Shown here: piece after piece, positions 12,749 through 25,014 of the stretch
Layout: every line of letters begins with the position of its first letter
Position numbering within the stretch: the first letter of the stretch is position 1
Assembly (NCBI RefSeq): GCF_001194135.2
Contig: NC_068982.1
Span: forward strand, 158,195,838 to 158,251,461
Direction of reading: 5' to 3'
DNA length: 55,624 bases
DNA from: Octopus bimaculoides
Taxonomy: Eukaryota
Notes under the pieces: generated by a model
What the model was told of the DNA's origin: nothing
Databases searched by the model: none
What the model saw: the letters and a program-made list of their open reading frames with translations, nothing else
Translations under genes and position numbers: made by a program

Positions 12749-13540
12749 CCTATATATATATATGCATTTATACACAGACATATTTATATGCATATATATG
12801 TATACGTGCACACAAATATAGCGTTCGCAGTTTCTTGGCGCTATGATGAATCTCTTGAGCTAAGTAAAGGTTAACAGTTTATCCATAAAAAAACGTAACA
12901 TAAAATACATTAGAAAAGTGAACACATCAACTTTCGCATTATTCTTCGTTCAGAGATGAAAATATCCTATCAGTCACACTGTCTGGGATGTCGATAGCAG
13001 TATTATACATAAGAGGTGATAAAAAATAACCATTTTAGATAAATATACTACGGCTTCTGCTGAATAAGTCCAGTTCCGTATTTTCATACTAGTCATTATA
13101 ATTAAGTCGTAGTGTACTTTAGTGCTAGGTCAAATGAATATAAACAGAAGGTAGTTTTTCCCATGATAGAAGACTTGTATTTGAAGATTAACATACTGCA
13201 CTTGAGTAGTATTTCTGAAATTTTCGATTGCGAATAAAAATTATAAAAATCAGGAGATCATTGTAATCTGTTATAAAGACGAAAGGCAACTGGAAGAATC
13301 GGAAGTGTACGAATGGAAATGAGAAGAAGAAAATCATAGAAAACAATAAGAAAAATAAGGTAAGTTAAAGTTCGAGATGCAAAAGGAGGTATCTATCACT
13401 TCCTTTCATTCCGATGTACAGTCTATATGTTTCTTTCGTATTTACATACGAAAAGAACACACACACAAACACACACACACACGCGCACACAGACACACAA
13501 ACACATACAGGTACTTACGTAGTAGATACACAAATATGGG

Positions 13541-13773
13541 AAAACTATCCCTCACTCTTCCCAGAATCCAGATCTTAATCCCTGTAATATTTGATCGTTT
13601 CCCAAGCTGAAAAAGATTCCCAGGTTCAGTCGTTTTGAACACATTGAAAAGATGGAGGCTGTGACAAGGGCCCTGGATACCTTCACTGTCAAGGACATGA
13701 GACATTCTCGAAGTGAATGAATTGCTACAACAAACGCATTGAGGTTAAGCGATACTACTTTGAAGGAGGTTAG
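13541..13773 (+). mobile_element. Mariner transposase C-terminal pseudogene fragment
   Basis: KTIPHSSQNPDLNPCNI*SFPKLKK...RFEHIEKMEAVTRALDTFT...(shift) YNKRIEVKRYYFEGG*, matching PPYSPDLAPCDFWLFPKLK...RF..IEE...YFEGD. Confidence 0.85.
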
Positions 13774-14128
13774 AGTATTGTATTGCTTTGCGATTAATAA
13801 ACGTCTCTCTCTAGCTCTTACTGACTTTATATGTAAATATACATATATGTATACATAAAAATTTTTTAAATACATGTTTTTCATATCATCCGCCAACAAA
13901 TACTCAATTTCAGTATCATTAGAAAGTCATCGGCTATACACATATCTCAATAATTTTGAAAGATATCATTCAAGATATTGCTTGTTTTTGCATTGCCTAA
14001 GTAACTGTGAGTGAGAAGGCAAAGTGATTTCTTCTCCAGTAAGCTACATTCTTTTAAATTAATGGGAAATGTTGGGATTTAACATAGAGTGACGTGTAGA
14101 TCAATTGAAGTTCATAAATATGAATTTG

Positions 14129-15610
14129 GACACAAGGCCAGCAATTTTGGAGGAGGGAGTAAGTCGATTATATCGGCCTCAAAGTTCAACTACCACTTAT
14201 TTTAACCACTCAGAAAGAATGAAAAGTAAAGTTGACCTCAGGAGGTAAAGACGGGTAAAATGCAAACACGCATTTCGCCCGGCGTCACCTTAATTCTTTG
14301 ACAAAATTCATATTTCTGTCGTAGGTGACGTTTTGTATGACATGGCTTCTTTCCTTATTATTTTGGTTGCAATTTAACCAATGCAGCTAATTATGTCTAA
14401 GATTGATAAATAATAAACTATAAAGTTACTTCAAAGTCATACTTTGCTTTCTATATCGATATTTTGCAGTAATATTTTGTCATATCATCTATAAGCTCAG
14501 AATTGTTTCTTCAAATTCCTTCAATTTCTTTTATGTAGTGAAATATGGAACAACTTAGCAATTATGAGGAACTTTGATTAATTCCATTTTGTCAGCGAAA
14601 GTAAACTAGGTACACTTCAAACGCCATATTTTCGCATGCATTTCTGATTTTAAGCAATCATGTATTACTAACAAGACGTTATTACCAATGTCAATGAAAT
14701 TAGCAAGAATTCCACTCTCTGAATTTCTGTCGCCTTTCGAATTAAGAACCTCCTGAGAATGAAAGACTCTAGCATGTCTTATGAAAGTTAAGAAAATCAC
14801 ATCGGTTCTAAAGATGTTAACTTATATATAAAAAAGAAATAAATGAAATATTTCTCTGAATTACACAGATTTAATAACACCTTCAGATTGCATTATAGCA
14901 TGTAGATAGACATAGAATTGACACGAACTCAGCTCATCCCACTTTTGAATCAGGTAAATATCCAGGATGCAACCGGTGCATACTATAAGTCAGAAATGCA
15001 CGAAATACTTGACTGGTACATTTTTATCGACCCCGAAATGATTAAATCCAATTTAGCTGCCTTACCACCCTTGTAATAATGACATTGATTTCTAACATTG
15101 ACTCAGTTCTACACAGTTGTGTGGTGCAATATAATCGATTTTATCGATTCTAGTAAAAAAAGGATATTTGATCGAAACCTGAATAACGAAAAGCAAAGTC
15201 AACTTTGGTGGAACCTGCAATCTGAATGCACAGAGATGTTACTAAATACTATAAGGCATTGACAAGCTCTTCAACAATTCTACCAACGTTCTCACAATAG
15301 TAAAAAAAATTAAATTAGGCTCCGGTCCGGAAATTTGTGGGTATATGAGTAGTGGATGAATGTGTTCTAGAACCTGATTAGTACATCATTTTATCGACCT
15401 GGGAAGGATGAAATGTTAGATCTTAAATGAGGTATACGGGGATTTTCAATCATGTCAACCATTCTACTTTTATATTTTTCGATATTTTTCGACCTTAGAA
15501 AAGTGAATGATAAAGTCGACCTTCGTAGCAATTGAACTCAGAACGTAATGAGCAGCCAATAAATAACAAATGGAATTTTATGAGAAGGCTTACCGATCCT
15601 GTCAGTGTCA
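14129..15610 (-). mobile_element. Cluster of about five degenerate fragments of the SINE family seen intact at 22508-22745
   Basis: Recurring motifs aagtcgattatatcg, tttatcgaccccgaa, aaagt(c/t)gacct, gaactcagaacgtaa and catttcgcccggcgt are reverse complements of the intact copy. Confidence 0.6.
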
Positions 15611-18479
15611 TCGTAATAGTAATAGTTGTTCACTTTGGCACCAAGTCACCAAAACTTTGCAATGGTCTGTTAAGTGAATCCCAGACAGATGAAAAGCAAT
15701 AATGGCCACTGCAGGATACGAACCTTAACAAATAGCTCAAGATATTTTTCATACGCTCTACCGATTTTGCCAATGCCATTGAAATATTAAAGTATGAAGA
15801 ATAAACAAAAGAATACGAAAATGTTGGAACAAGAATGAAATACGAGAAAATAATACAGCTGGATGCAAAATGAGCAGCTTGACACAAACTACAGAGAAGA
15901 AAGGGTGCAATATCTTATGAAATGAGGCAAAGGTTGAATGTTTTCAAAGATCATAACATCTAAAGAGTTTCTTGAAGGAAGAAACGAAAGAGAAAGGAAA
16001 TGAGAGGCAAATTTTAACTATCGAAAAATTAACGTTTATTGTTATTTCAAGAATTGCTATAATGCCGGTCAGTATCGATGGGAAGGAATGTAAAGTAATC
16101 GCTTTTGTTGGAATGTTTTTTTTTTTTACCTCTTCATATTCTTCGTAAATCTTTTCTTTGAAATCACTATAATTGCAAGTGAATAGTAATGCCTCTTAAT
16201 GTAATGTATTAAGAAAATCATTGACTGTAATCGTTTCGATTATTTTTCAAACCCAATCTACAAGATTCTTGCTGATTGAACCATTATTAACAATGAGAAT
16301 GATTAAGTGAAGTAGCCAATATTGATTAATTTACAGAGAAGAAAACAAATTTGGACATATTGTTCAATTAATTGACCTGAACCAGTTACTGGTACTCATT
16401 ACTACGTGTACCATAAGACTGTGAAAATCATTAAAATTGTGCTAAAATGTACAAGAAATATGCTTCTATAAAGTCTTTCCGGTTGTTGACTCAATAAAGA
16501 AAATCATTCTAAATATGGCCGTTTCGTATTCCTGACTAGCATTACGTAATGCATATTCTTACTTTTTGAATAAGTAACCTAAAGGCATTTAGCAAGGGTT
16601 AATGCTTTCTTCATATGACTGAAATGTAAATATGCTGAAATATGATGAGATATAAATAGGCCTGTTTCTTACAATGTACTATCCATTTATAGGAAATTTG
16701 AAGCTGAGAATATTTGACATTTGTAGATTCCCACACGGATGCAATAGGTCGTATGTATATTGAGTTGGAAGGTCCATGCTACTAATAATTTAGGTCTGTG
16801 TAATAGAACAACAACTGAATATAATCTAAGTTAGATATTCACTTTTGATAACGTAGCTTTATTCATCAATGTTGCTAATGCACATGTCCCCTAATATGTA
16901 TATAACATCACAACTCTTAGAAATGAAAGCTTTCATTTAATATGTTCAAATTTTTTGGGAGGGGGGAGGCTTTTCAAACTAATCAAAACTCAAGGGATTT
17001 CATTTAGCGTGTGTTTGTTTTTATCATTTAATTTTCATTTGTTTTTTTTTTTATCATAGTGTGTTTAATGAAAACGTCTACAGTTATATCTAAAATGAGG
17101 GCATGTGCACATCACGGATTTAATCGCATTAATTTAGACATGTTTAATAATAACTGTTGAATTTTTCAAAAGATTTAATGGCACAGCTTAAAATTACAAA
17201 CTACTGCCATCTTACTTTTCCGTATTTTTGAGTGATATTATTCGCATATTTTCAATGATAGAGTGTAATGTTGCTGATTGGGTTAAATCAAGTCTTACAA
17301 ATCATGCTGTTTTCTCTGTTGTGTTTATTGTTTAATGACTAAATGTTTACTGCACGTGAGTTGGATATGTGTACATTTACAGCGAGGACAATCGGTTTAT
17401 TTCTATTATACAATGCGGAGCTGCTTTTCATATCCCGTTTGTCATTTGCTTAAGTTCAGGTTTCTACTGGTATTAATGCCGTTTCAATTAAATTTTATGG
17501 CAGTTTTTCGTTTGATAAAGTATATATTTACGTCAAAGTTTTCTGGATATCAAATATAAACGTTAAATACATTAATCTTTGTTCATGAAGTTTATGTAAA
17601 GTGAATGTTTCGAGTAATACATCTACTTGACGTTAACTTACTCTTGTGCAAATTTCTCCTAATGGAAGAGGAAAACATTTTATTCATAATTGTCATATAG
17701 GGCTATATATTTATATTTTAAAACCGTGGTAAAATGTTTGAGTTAGAATTTCATTGTTCTTTCATGCGTAGTTCTTATTGATGATAGAAGTAAAGTTACC
17801 CAAAATGGAATTTATGGAGCTTCCTGTTGAGTGTTGATTTTTGAAAAAAATAAAATAAATAAATGAAAAAAGAGCTGTTTGTGAGTCAAATATTTCCTTC
17901 CAAGGTTAAACTAAAAGCTCTGCTTCCTGAATCATGCAATATTAAAAATAAAATAAAGTAAAAATAACAAAGGATAATGAAATAAATAACAAAAACAAGT
18001 AACGAAAGAGTAGCATAGAAAAGAAAACAGTAATCAATCTTATATACATGCGAGATAGAATACCACATATTGTAACGGAAATTTAAATTCAATCTTAAAT
18101 ACAAACAAGACTGTATACATTAAGTGAATTGTAGAAGTCAAATGCGCCGATAAAACAGAAAAAGGAGAATGTTATTGAAGCCGTTTAAAAGTAAATCTCG
18201 CTACGGTAGCTTAAGTACATAAATTTTTGTATATATATAATATAAAATAATTATTACATGCATACACACACTCACGTATGGAAATCGTAAAATTTTGGTG
18301 TTATTTATTCAACATTACAGGAGTTTCATCTGCTAATAGGAACTAGAAAGTTTTACTGTTAAATAAGCATGTAAGGAATTTCCTATTCGAAGCAGAAGGA
18401 ATATACCCACCTACCTACACAATATATACATCATGAACATTCCAGTCGTTAGACGACGCATACGGGTTCTGCACAGGTG

Positions 18480-18620
18480 CACGATATATGTCACGTGTCA
18501 GAAACGAGATGCTAGCAGGGCAACGTGAAATGAAACGTTTTGCACAAGAAGGACAACGTAACACCCAGTCATGGAATCGAAATCACGATCTCGTAAGTGC
18601 AACACCCTAACCATGAAGCC
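18480..18620 (-). mobile_element. tRNA-derived SINE head (same family as 44005-44280)
   Basis: Reverse complement atggttagggtgttgcac...tttcgattcc...ccttcttgtgcaaaac has A/B-box-like motifs and aligns to 44005-44110. Confidence 0.6.
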
Positions 18621-18681
18621 ATACGTCTTCACAATATATATATATATATATATATGTTTGTATGTGTGTGTGTATGTGTGT

Positions 18682-18778
<97 letters not shown>

Positions 18779-19328
18779 TTCTGAAGCTCAAAGAGGAAAA
18801 AGCTACGTTTTGACTGGTATTTCAAACTGCTGGCAGAGGTATGTCACATAGAACGTATAGTAATGAAAGCTTCACGTTAGACAATCTAACAATTCTTCCA
18901 AAACACTGTCCTTGGCGAGTTCGCTGTTTATCGATCCACAAATTATGAAAAACAATGGTGACGCCACGAAGTAGGAGTGAGTACAGAGAAATTTGGAATA
19001 AATACCGTGAAACTTTGTATCCAACAATGTAAGGATCCTGACTAATTACTACCGTTATGCCCCCCCCCCCCCNNNNNNNNNNNNNNNNNNNNACACACAC
19101 ACACACACATACACACACACATATATATCCGTATATATGAATGTAAGATCTAGGAATCGAGTTGTCGGAAGAAAAAGAAAGTTAACTTCAAGCAATCCGT
19201 AATAAATATAATAAAACAACTTTCAGGGACAGTAGTGGTTTATTGAGGCGGAAGGTTGTGGATAAGTTATTTATATATTCCACGGTAGGTGAATGGGGTT
19301 GCTGGGTGTGCGAATAAGGATACAAGAA

Positions 19329-19599
19329 TTATGGAATGGAGTAGGTAAGATCCGGGCTACATCTGTTTCATAGGGAGTTGAACCTCAGAAGTGGCAAAAA
19401 TCCAAGTGAGGTGTATACTACCGGTTGCTCTTCAGGCATGTCTTTTTAGCTCGTCTTCGTTGTAACCATAAATTTTATCAAGATATCCTTGGACTGAAAA
19501 GTAGCCGATGGTATTCACCTCCCTTGGATTTTTATCACTTCTGAGGTCCTCTCGCTGCGAAATATATGCAGCTCAGATCTTACCTACTCCATTCCGTAA
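19329..19599. repeat. Diverged ~107-bp inverted repeat (MITE-like hairpin)
   Basis: Arms 19329-19435 and 19494-19599 share about 80% identity by manual alignment; loop ~58 nt. Confidence 0.9.
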
Positions 19600-19665
19600 C
19601 TATATATATATATATATATTGGAAGGTTTGGAGGTGATGTACAGAAATTATATAGAAAAAAAAAT

Positions 19666-19834
19666 TAAGGTACTCAGAAATCTGGATGTTTGTACATTTA
19701 TAGATTTTTATTAATGTCACATGTTTTATAAATTAAATAAAGCGCTTTTCACCTAATCGTTATTTAATTTATAAAACATGTGACATTAATAAAAATCTGT
19801 AAATGTACAAACATCCAGATTTCTGAGTACCTTA
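19666..19834. repeat. Near-perfect 75-bp inverted repeat
   Basis: 19666-19740 versus the reverse complement of 19760-19834 is 74/75 identical with a 19-nt loop; the right arm ends at an N-gap. Confidence 0.92.
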
Positions 19835-19898
19835 NNNNNNNNNNNNNNNNNNNNNNNNNNNNNNNNNNNNNNNNNNNNNNNNNNNNNNNNNNNNNNNN

Positions 19899-19933
<35 letters not shown>

Positions 19934-21330
19934 GTGTGTGTGTGTGAGTGTGTGTGTACATACGTATGGTGCAAAAGTTATGAATAATACGGAGACGAGC
20001 TAAAAAGACAGAGTGTATTAGTTTTACGCCCAGGAAAAATGAAAGGAAATGTATTTTCAGTTTCGAGCATACGATCTTCTACAGCAAGACTTGACGAGGA
20101 TATAAAACATGGGGAGAGAAAAGATCAAATGTGTCTCGAACGATCCCCGTGTACTAAAATGACCGAAGACGGAAAAGGACACCCGGGGTGTGAGTTGTAA
20201 TCAAGGAATTGTGGTTGGTGATATACCATTGCCACACATATACCTCATAGATAGATAGATAGATAGATAGAGAGATAGATAGATAGCCAGACGGATAGAC
20301 AGATACATACATTGGCTGTGAAGTCCCGCAGAGGTTACTCTCCAATTCAAGTTGAAATTATAGCAGAAATCACTGGATATTTGTACGCCTCGTAGGAGCA
20401 AGCCTATCATCCTGCTATTACAATCCAAACTTATTGATAACGTAGCCATTACATTTTTATATCCATAACATGTTGAAAGAAGAAACATTGTACATGCGGA
20501 CTCCAACCGACGGCTATAAGTAAAACGAAACGATTGATGCCAAATGCTACACAGCAGAATATATGAAATAATGGAGAAGTGAATAGAAAATGTCAATTAC
20601 GACAAATTTAGAACAATAGATTTCAAGAAGAAAAAATACGCCCCAATACTCAAGGAATAGTAGAAAATTTTCCGACATAGATTTACCTACTGGCATTTCA
20701 ATTGTAATTCATATTCTATACGTGAAATGGAAAGCATTTTATTTGCACAGTAAAATGCAAAATTTTTAAATGGAAGCTAACATATGAGAGACAGAAAATC
20801 CCTGGAAACAATGGAAAATATTTTTATAGAATTATTTTGCAACATCAAAAGCAAGCTAGAGGGAAAAGCGAATGATATCCTCATACAGATGAATATGTAC
20901 TCCCACTCTCACTAGAGGGGTACGTCTGTTAAGTGACTGAAGAATCCACATTACAACGCAAAATTTACGAGTTTTTGTATATAAATTAACGCACATCACA
21001 CACACACACACACACGCACGCACACACACACATACATTCATATATATATTCATATGCTTGCATATATATTCATACACATGTACACACATGCACGCATATA
21101 TACAATATTTCCTATGTATACAGTTAGATGTATTACTGCTATTGGTGAATTTAAAGGTTCCACATTGAACATCATTTTCCACTTCATTTCCAGCAAAGTG
21201 ATATGGCTGCTATTGTATTTAGTAGTATTGATGGTAATGATAGACAAAAGGAGTATGAAAAACAACTTAATGTAATAAAGTGTTACCTTGAAAAACCGTT
21301 GTGGATCTAAATCCCAATGCAATATGTAAA

Positions 21331-21379
21331 TCCACTGCAGGGGAAGCAAACAGCTACAATGTCGAAACGCGCGTATGGA
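21331..21379 (+). ncRNA. Degenerate minimal type-I hammerhead ribozyme-like motif
   Basis: tcca-CTGcagG-...-gtc-GAAA-cgcgcg-TA-tgga: helix I tcca/tgga, palindromic helix III ACGCGCGT and a GUA cleavage triplet. The CUGANGA box has two substitutions and helix II is poor. Confidence 0.45.
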
Positions 21380-21539
21380 ACAAATGCTATAAACTACATC
21401 TTGTATTTATCATACTCTTTAATCACACAATTTATCATACTCTTTAATCACACGATTATGAAATATGGAAACCAAACATAGGTACAACATGAAATAATTA
21501 AGTGCGATGCACAGACGAGTGGATAGGTTCCTGTTTAGT

Positions 21540-21735
21540 ATATTATGCTTATTTGTCTACTTTATTATATCCCCTTCTTCCTAGCTTCTCACCCTGTTTA
21601 TTTCTGTGTTCCTTTCTATCGAAGTGCGTAGGCTCGAAACGTAAAAGACTTTCTTACTTGCCGAGCATTAAACTAAGACATCTGTTTGTTGTTTGTACAC
21701 CCGTCTTCGTCTTTTGTTTCTTGAAAATTCTCACT
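21540..21735 (+). mobile_element. Probable PLE/retrozyme-derived terminal repeat carrying a degenerate hammerhead (21612-21647)
   Basis: cttt-ctatcga-a-gtgc-gtag-gctc-GAAA-cg-TA-aaag: helix I cttt/aaag, helix II g(t)gc/gctc, palindromic ACGT helix III. It is followed by a pyrimidine-rich tail ending in tatata. Confidence 0.5.
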
Positions 21736-22507
21736 ATATATATATGTGTGTGTGTGTGTGTAGTGGTAATGATTCCATGGTGACGAGCATACAATGAGTG
21801 AGGGTCATGGGAGAAGACGACCTAGCTGAATATAGTAAGTATTTGAATACTGAATGTACGTAAAATAATGTTTGCATGAATTGAAATGATCTCAGTTGGA
21901 GAAAGAATATACATAATAAAAATAAAATGATTAAAACATAAATAATGGAGTAAAACATATTCTCTAAATAATAAACCTGTGCATGCAGACAAATATAGAT
22001 ATACAGAGAAGGCTGCACAAACACACAATTTAATATCTACACATAAATGCGGATAGCCTGTATGCACAAAGACATACAAATTCAAGCATATATATACGTA
22101 CACACACACACACTGACACACATTCGCAGAATATCTCGATAACCCATCAGTCTTATATCTTAAATATTCACAGATTTTTTTCTTATTCATTGTTTATTTT
22201 CTTATCAAGATAACATATGTGTTCTGTGATCCTAATCATAAGAGCGACAGCAGAAGTTAAAGACACTGCTAAAATATAATGCTATGCTTATATTAAAATA
22301 AATATATATTATACAATATAATATACTTATATCAAAATAACTTTCATGAACTAGTTATCATATATATTATCATTAACCATTTCAAATATTTGAATATCAA
22401 CCGCATATACCAAAAGATATGTATATTTTTCGATTATTTTGAATCTGAACAAAAGAATGTGTGGAACTCCCATTCGTTCTGTCAAACGGCATTTGCAATT
22501 ATTCGAT

Positions 22508-22745
22508 CAGCAGCGAGCTAGCAGAATCGTTAGCACGCTGGGCGAAATGCTTAGCGGTATTTCGTCTGCCGTTACGTTCTGAGTTCAAGTTCCGCCGAGG
22601 TCGACTTTGCCTTTCATCCTTTCGGGGATCGATAAATTAAGTACCAGTTACGCACTGGGGTCGATGTAATCGACTTAATCCGTTCATCTGTCCTTGTTTG
22701 ATCCTTCTATGTTTAGCCCCTTGTGGGCAATAAAGAAATAAGAAT
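22508..22745 (+). mobile_element. Near-full-length tRNA-derived SINE
   Basis: A-box-like gctagcagaatcgtt, B-box-like gagttcaagttcc, body gtcgactttgcctttcatcctttcgggg...taagtaccagt and tail aataaagaaataagaa. Several eroded copies occur elsewhere in the window. The family name needs a Dfam/Repbase search. Confidence 0.9.
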
Positions 22746-22775
22746 TATTTACTGTGTTATATCTTTTATCAGATA

Positions 22776-22950
22776 CTGGCTTCAGTCATTGGACTACGGC
22801 CAAGCTGGGACACCGCTTTCTAAGGCTTTAAACGAACAACTCAACTCCAGTACTTATGCTATCTCATACTATTCTGGCACGTATTCTATCCGCCTCTTTT
22901 GCTGGACCGCTAGGTAACGGGGACATTAGCAAATAAGCTCCGTTTTTAAC
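22776..22950 (-). mobile_element. Eroded 3' part of the composite SINE family (cf. 27305-27852)
   Basis: ttcagtcattggactacggccaagctgg...caccgc...tattctatc...ctcttttgctggaccgctaggtaacggggac aligns to 27322-27455. Confidence 0.6.
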
Positions 22951-23124
22951 TTGTGATTAAGAGGTAAATTTCTTTTTTAGTTAATGATTTAGTCAGACAA
23001 TGAAGGACAGCGCCCTTGATGTTTCGCAGAGCCAACCAGATTATTCCGTGAAAGGGAAGCACGAATATTGGTCACATACGGAAAGTCGCCAAATGTTAAC
23101 AAGGGTGAAATGATTGTATTAATT

Positions 23125-23320
23125 CCTTTCTACAATAGGCACAAGACCTGAATTTTTGGGCAGGGGTTAGTCGATTACACCGACCCTACCGCTCCACGGG
23201 TACTTATTTCGTCGACTCCGAAAGGCAAATTAGACCTCCACGGAATGGGAACTCAGAATATAATACCGAAAAATCTGTCGCTAAACACTTGCCCGGCGCA
23301 TTAATAATGTTGGCGTTGAC
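23125..23320 (-). mobile_element. Diverged SINE copy inverted relative to 22508-22745
   Basis: Reverse complement gcgccgggcaagtgtttagcg...ttctgagttccc...ttgcctttcggagtcga...aaataagtacc...gtgtaatcgac aligns to the intact copy. Confidence 0.7.
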
Positions 23321-25014
23321 CGCTCTTATGGTAAAATTAGATAACGCATTTAAACTGAAAGTTAATTATAAGTGAATACCAAATTAAATAGAAAGCAAAT
23401 ATAAGTTGAATAAAAATATCAATATTCTTATATAAATATACTACTTATCACTGTACAAAAAAGCTATACTGTTAAGTATTCTGTATGGCAGACTAGATTA
23501 AATTAGCTCACTATGGTAATTAAAAATAAATATATTTTGTTTTATATCAATTAAGGTATTGGATCTGAAGTTCAAGGAATTGACCATTTTTAATGTTATA
23601 ATCAGGAAATGAGAGTAGAAAGTAGTATATAAAAAGTTTTAGATTCTAAATAAAATTCCATATAAAAAAAATATAATATCGATAAATTCCATTGGGAACA
23701 GAGTGTTGGAAATATAAAGATTAGACCAAGAGATAGTATTGAATTACAGTAATTTTCAAATATGCTTAAAATGTGAAAAGACCACACATAAAAGCTTATG
23801 GATCTTAGTTTAATCACATTTTCTAATTACACATCAAAATAGTCACTATCTCAATGAACTGTAATGAAACCTAAACAAAATGCACAACTATAAAGAAGCG
23901 TATACACATATGCATTGCCATACTAAAACGTATACAACCACACTCACACAGCTGTATACACGTATACACACACACATATATATATATGCACAAATACACA
24001 CACACACACATATACATATACATATATACATACATATATGTGTGTGTGTGTGTACATGTATATATGTGTGCATAGGTGCACGTGTGTATGTATGTATGTA
24101 TGTATGTGTGCGTATATGCGTACATATAATTAAGTATGAAGATTTTTATGATACGGTTTTTATCTATACAATATTGTTTGAAAGTGTATTTTTCATTAGC
24201 TATATGTAAGCATCTGAAGCCATAAAGTTTTATTGAAATTCTTCAAATCTTGACATGATTTCTTTACTGATGTTCTCCAAAATGAGAAAGAAGCAGACAA
24301 TAAAAACCTATGAAATAGCGTAGAAGAATAAAGAAGGAAAAAAAATAGGAGAAATATAAAAAGGGAAACGGAAGTAGGTCAGATGAAGAAAAGTTCTTTT
24401 TACAATCAGAGTTTAAAAAAATACAGCATCGTGAAGAAATTGCTTTAATATACAGCCACAACCACAACAACAACAACTGCGAAAATAAAAATTAAAACAA
24501 GAAATTATACTGGCTAACAATATTGCCTTACGTGGAAAACTTAAAGTCGGAACAAAATATTTTGTAAGGATTCCATTGTAACCGATTCTCTCTGAAAATA
24601 TCAGATTTCTCTGAATAAACTGAAGTCTATAATTTCAAACTAAGAACAAGAGTTAAGCAAATGGGACAGATATTTCTCGTTCTAAAATTAAAATTATTGT
24701 CACATCACCATGTATATTTTCAAAGTCACTTATGCTGTGGTAAATATTGTAGCTTTGAAATGTTTACGCGTAGGATAGAACGTCTGATTAATTAGTAATT
24801 AGTGTAATTAGTGAACGTAGATTGGCAGAAGCGGTAAAGAGCTGTACTGAATGGCTTGCAACAGTTAGGTACGTTTCTCTCCGATCTCAATCTACAATTA
24901 GCTTGTATCGAGCTTTGTATCATATCTTACACGAGAAAGTAAGTGAAATAAGGATGAGAAGCAATATCGTATTAGTACTCTTGCTAGAAGTAAATTCTAT
25001 CATATTTTGGCGCA

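Noticed and set aside
20320-20880. Possible Tx1/L1 C-terminal remnant (NETID...WR)
   Set aside because: Too many stops and no unambiguous motif.
21795-21840. Plus-strand GACGACCTAGCT...gtaagt resembling the DDLAK codons of the M3 exon
   Set aside because: Wrong strand, only about 10 matching bases, and no surrounding homology, so not a duplicated alternative exon.
22508-22600. tRNA gene calls from A/B-box-like SINE heads (also 27690-27852, 44005-44070, 53211-53280)
   Set aside because: No cloverleaf could be formed; each continues into a SINE body.
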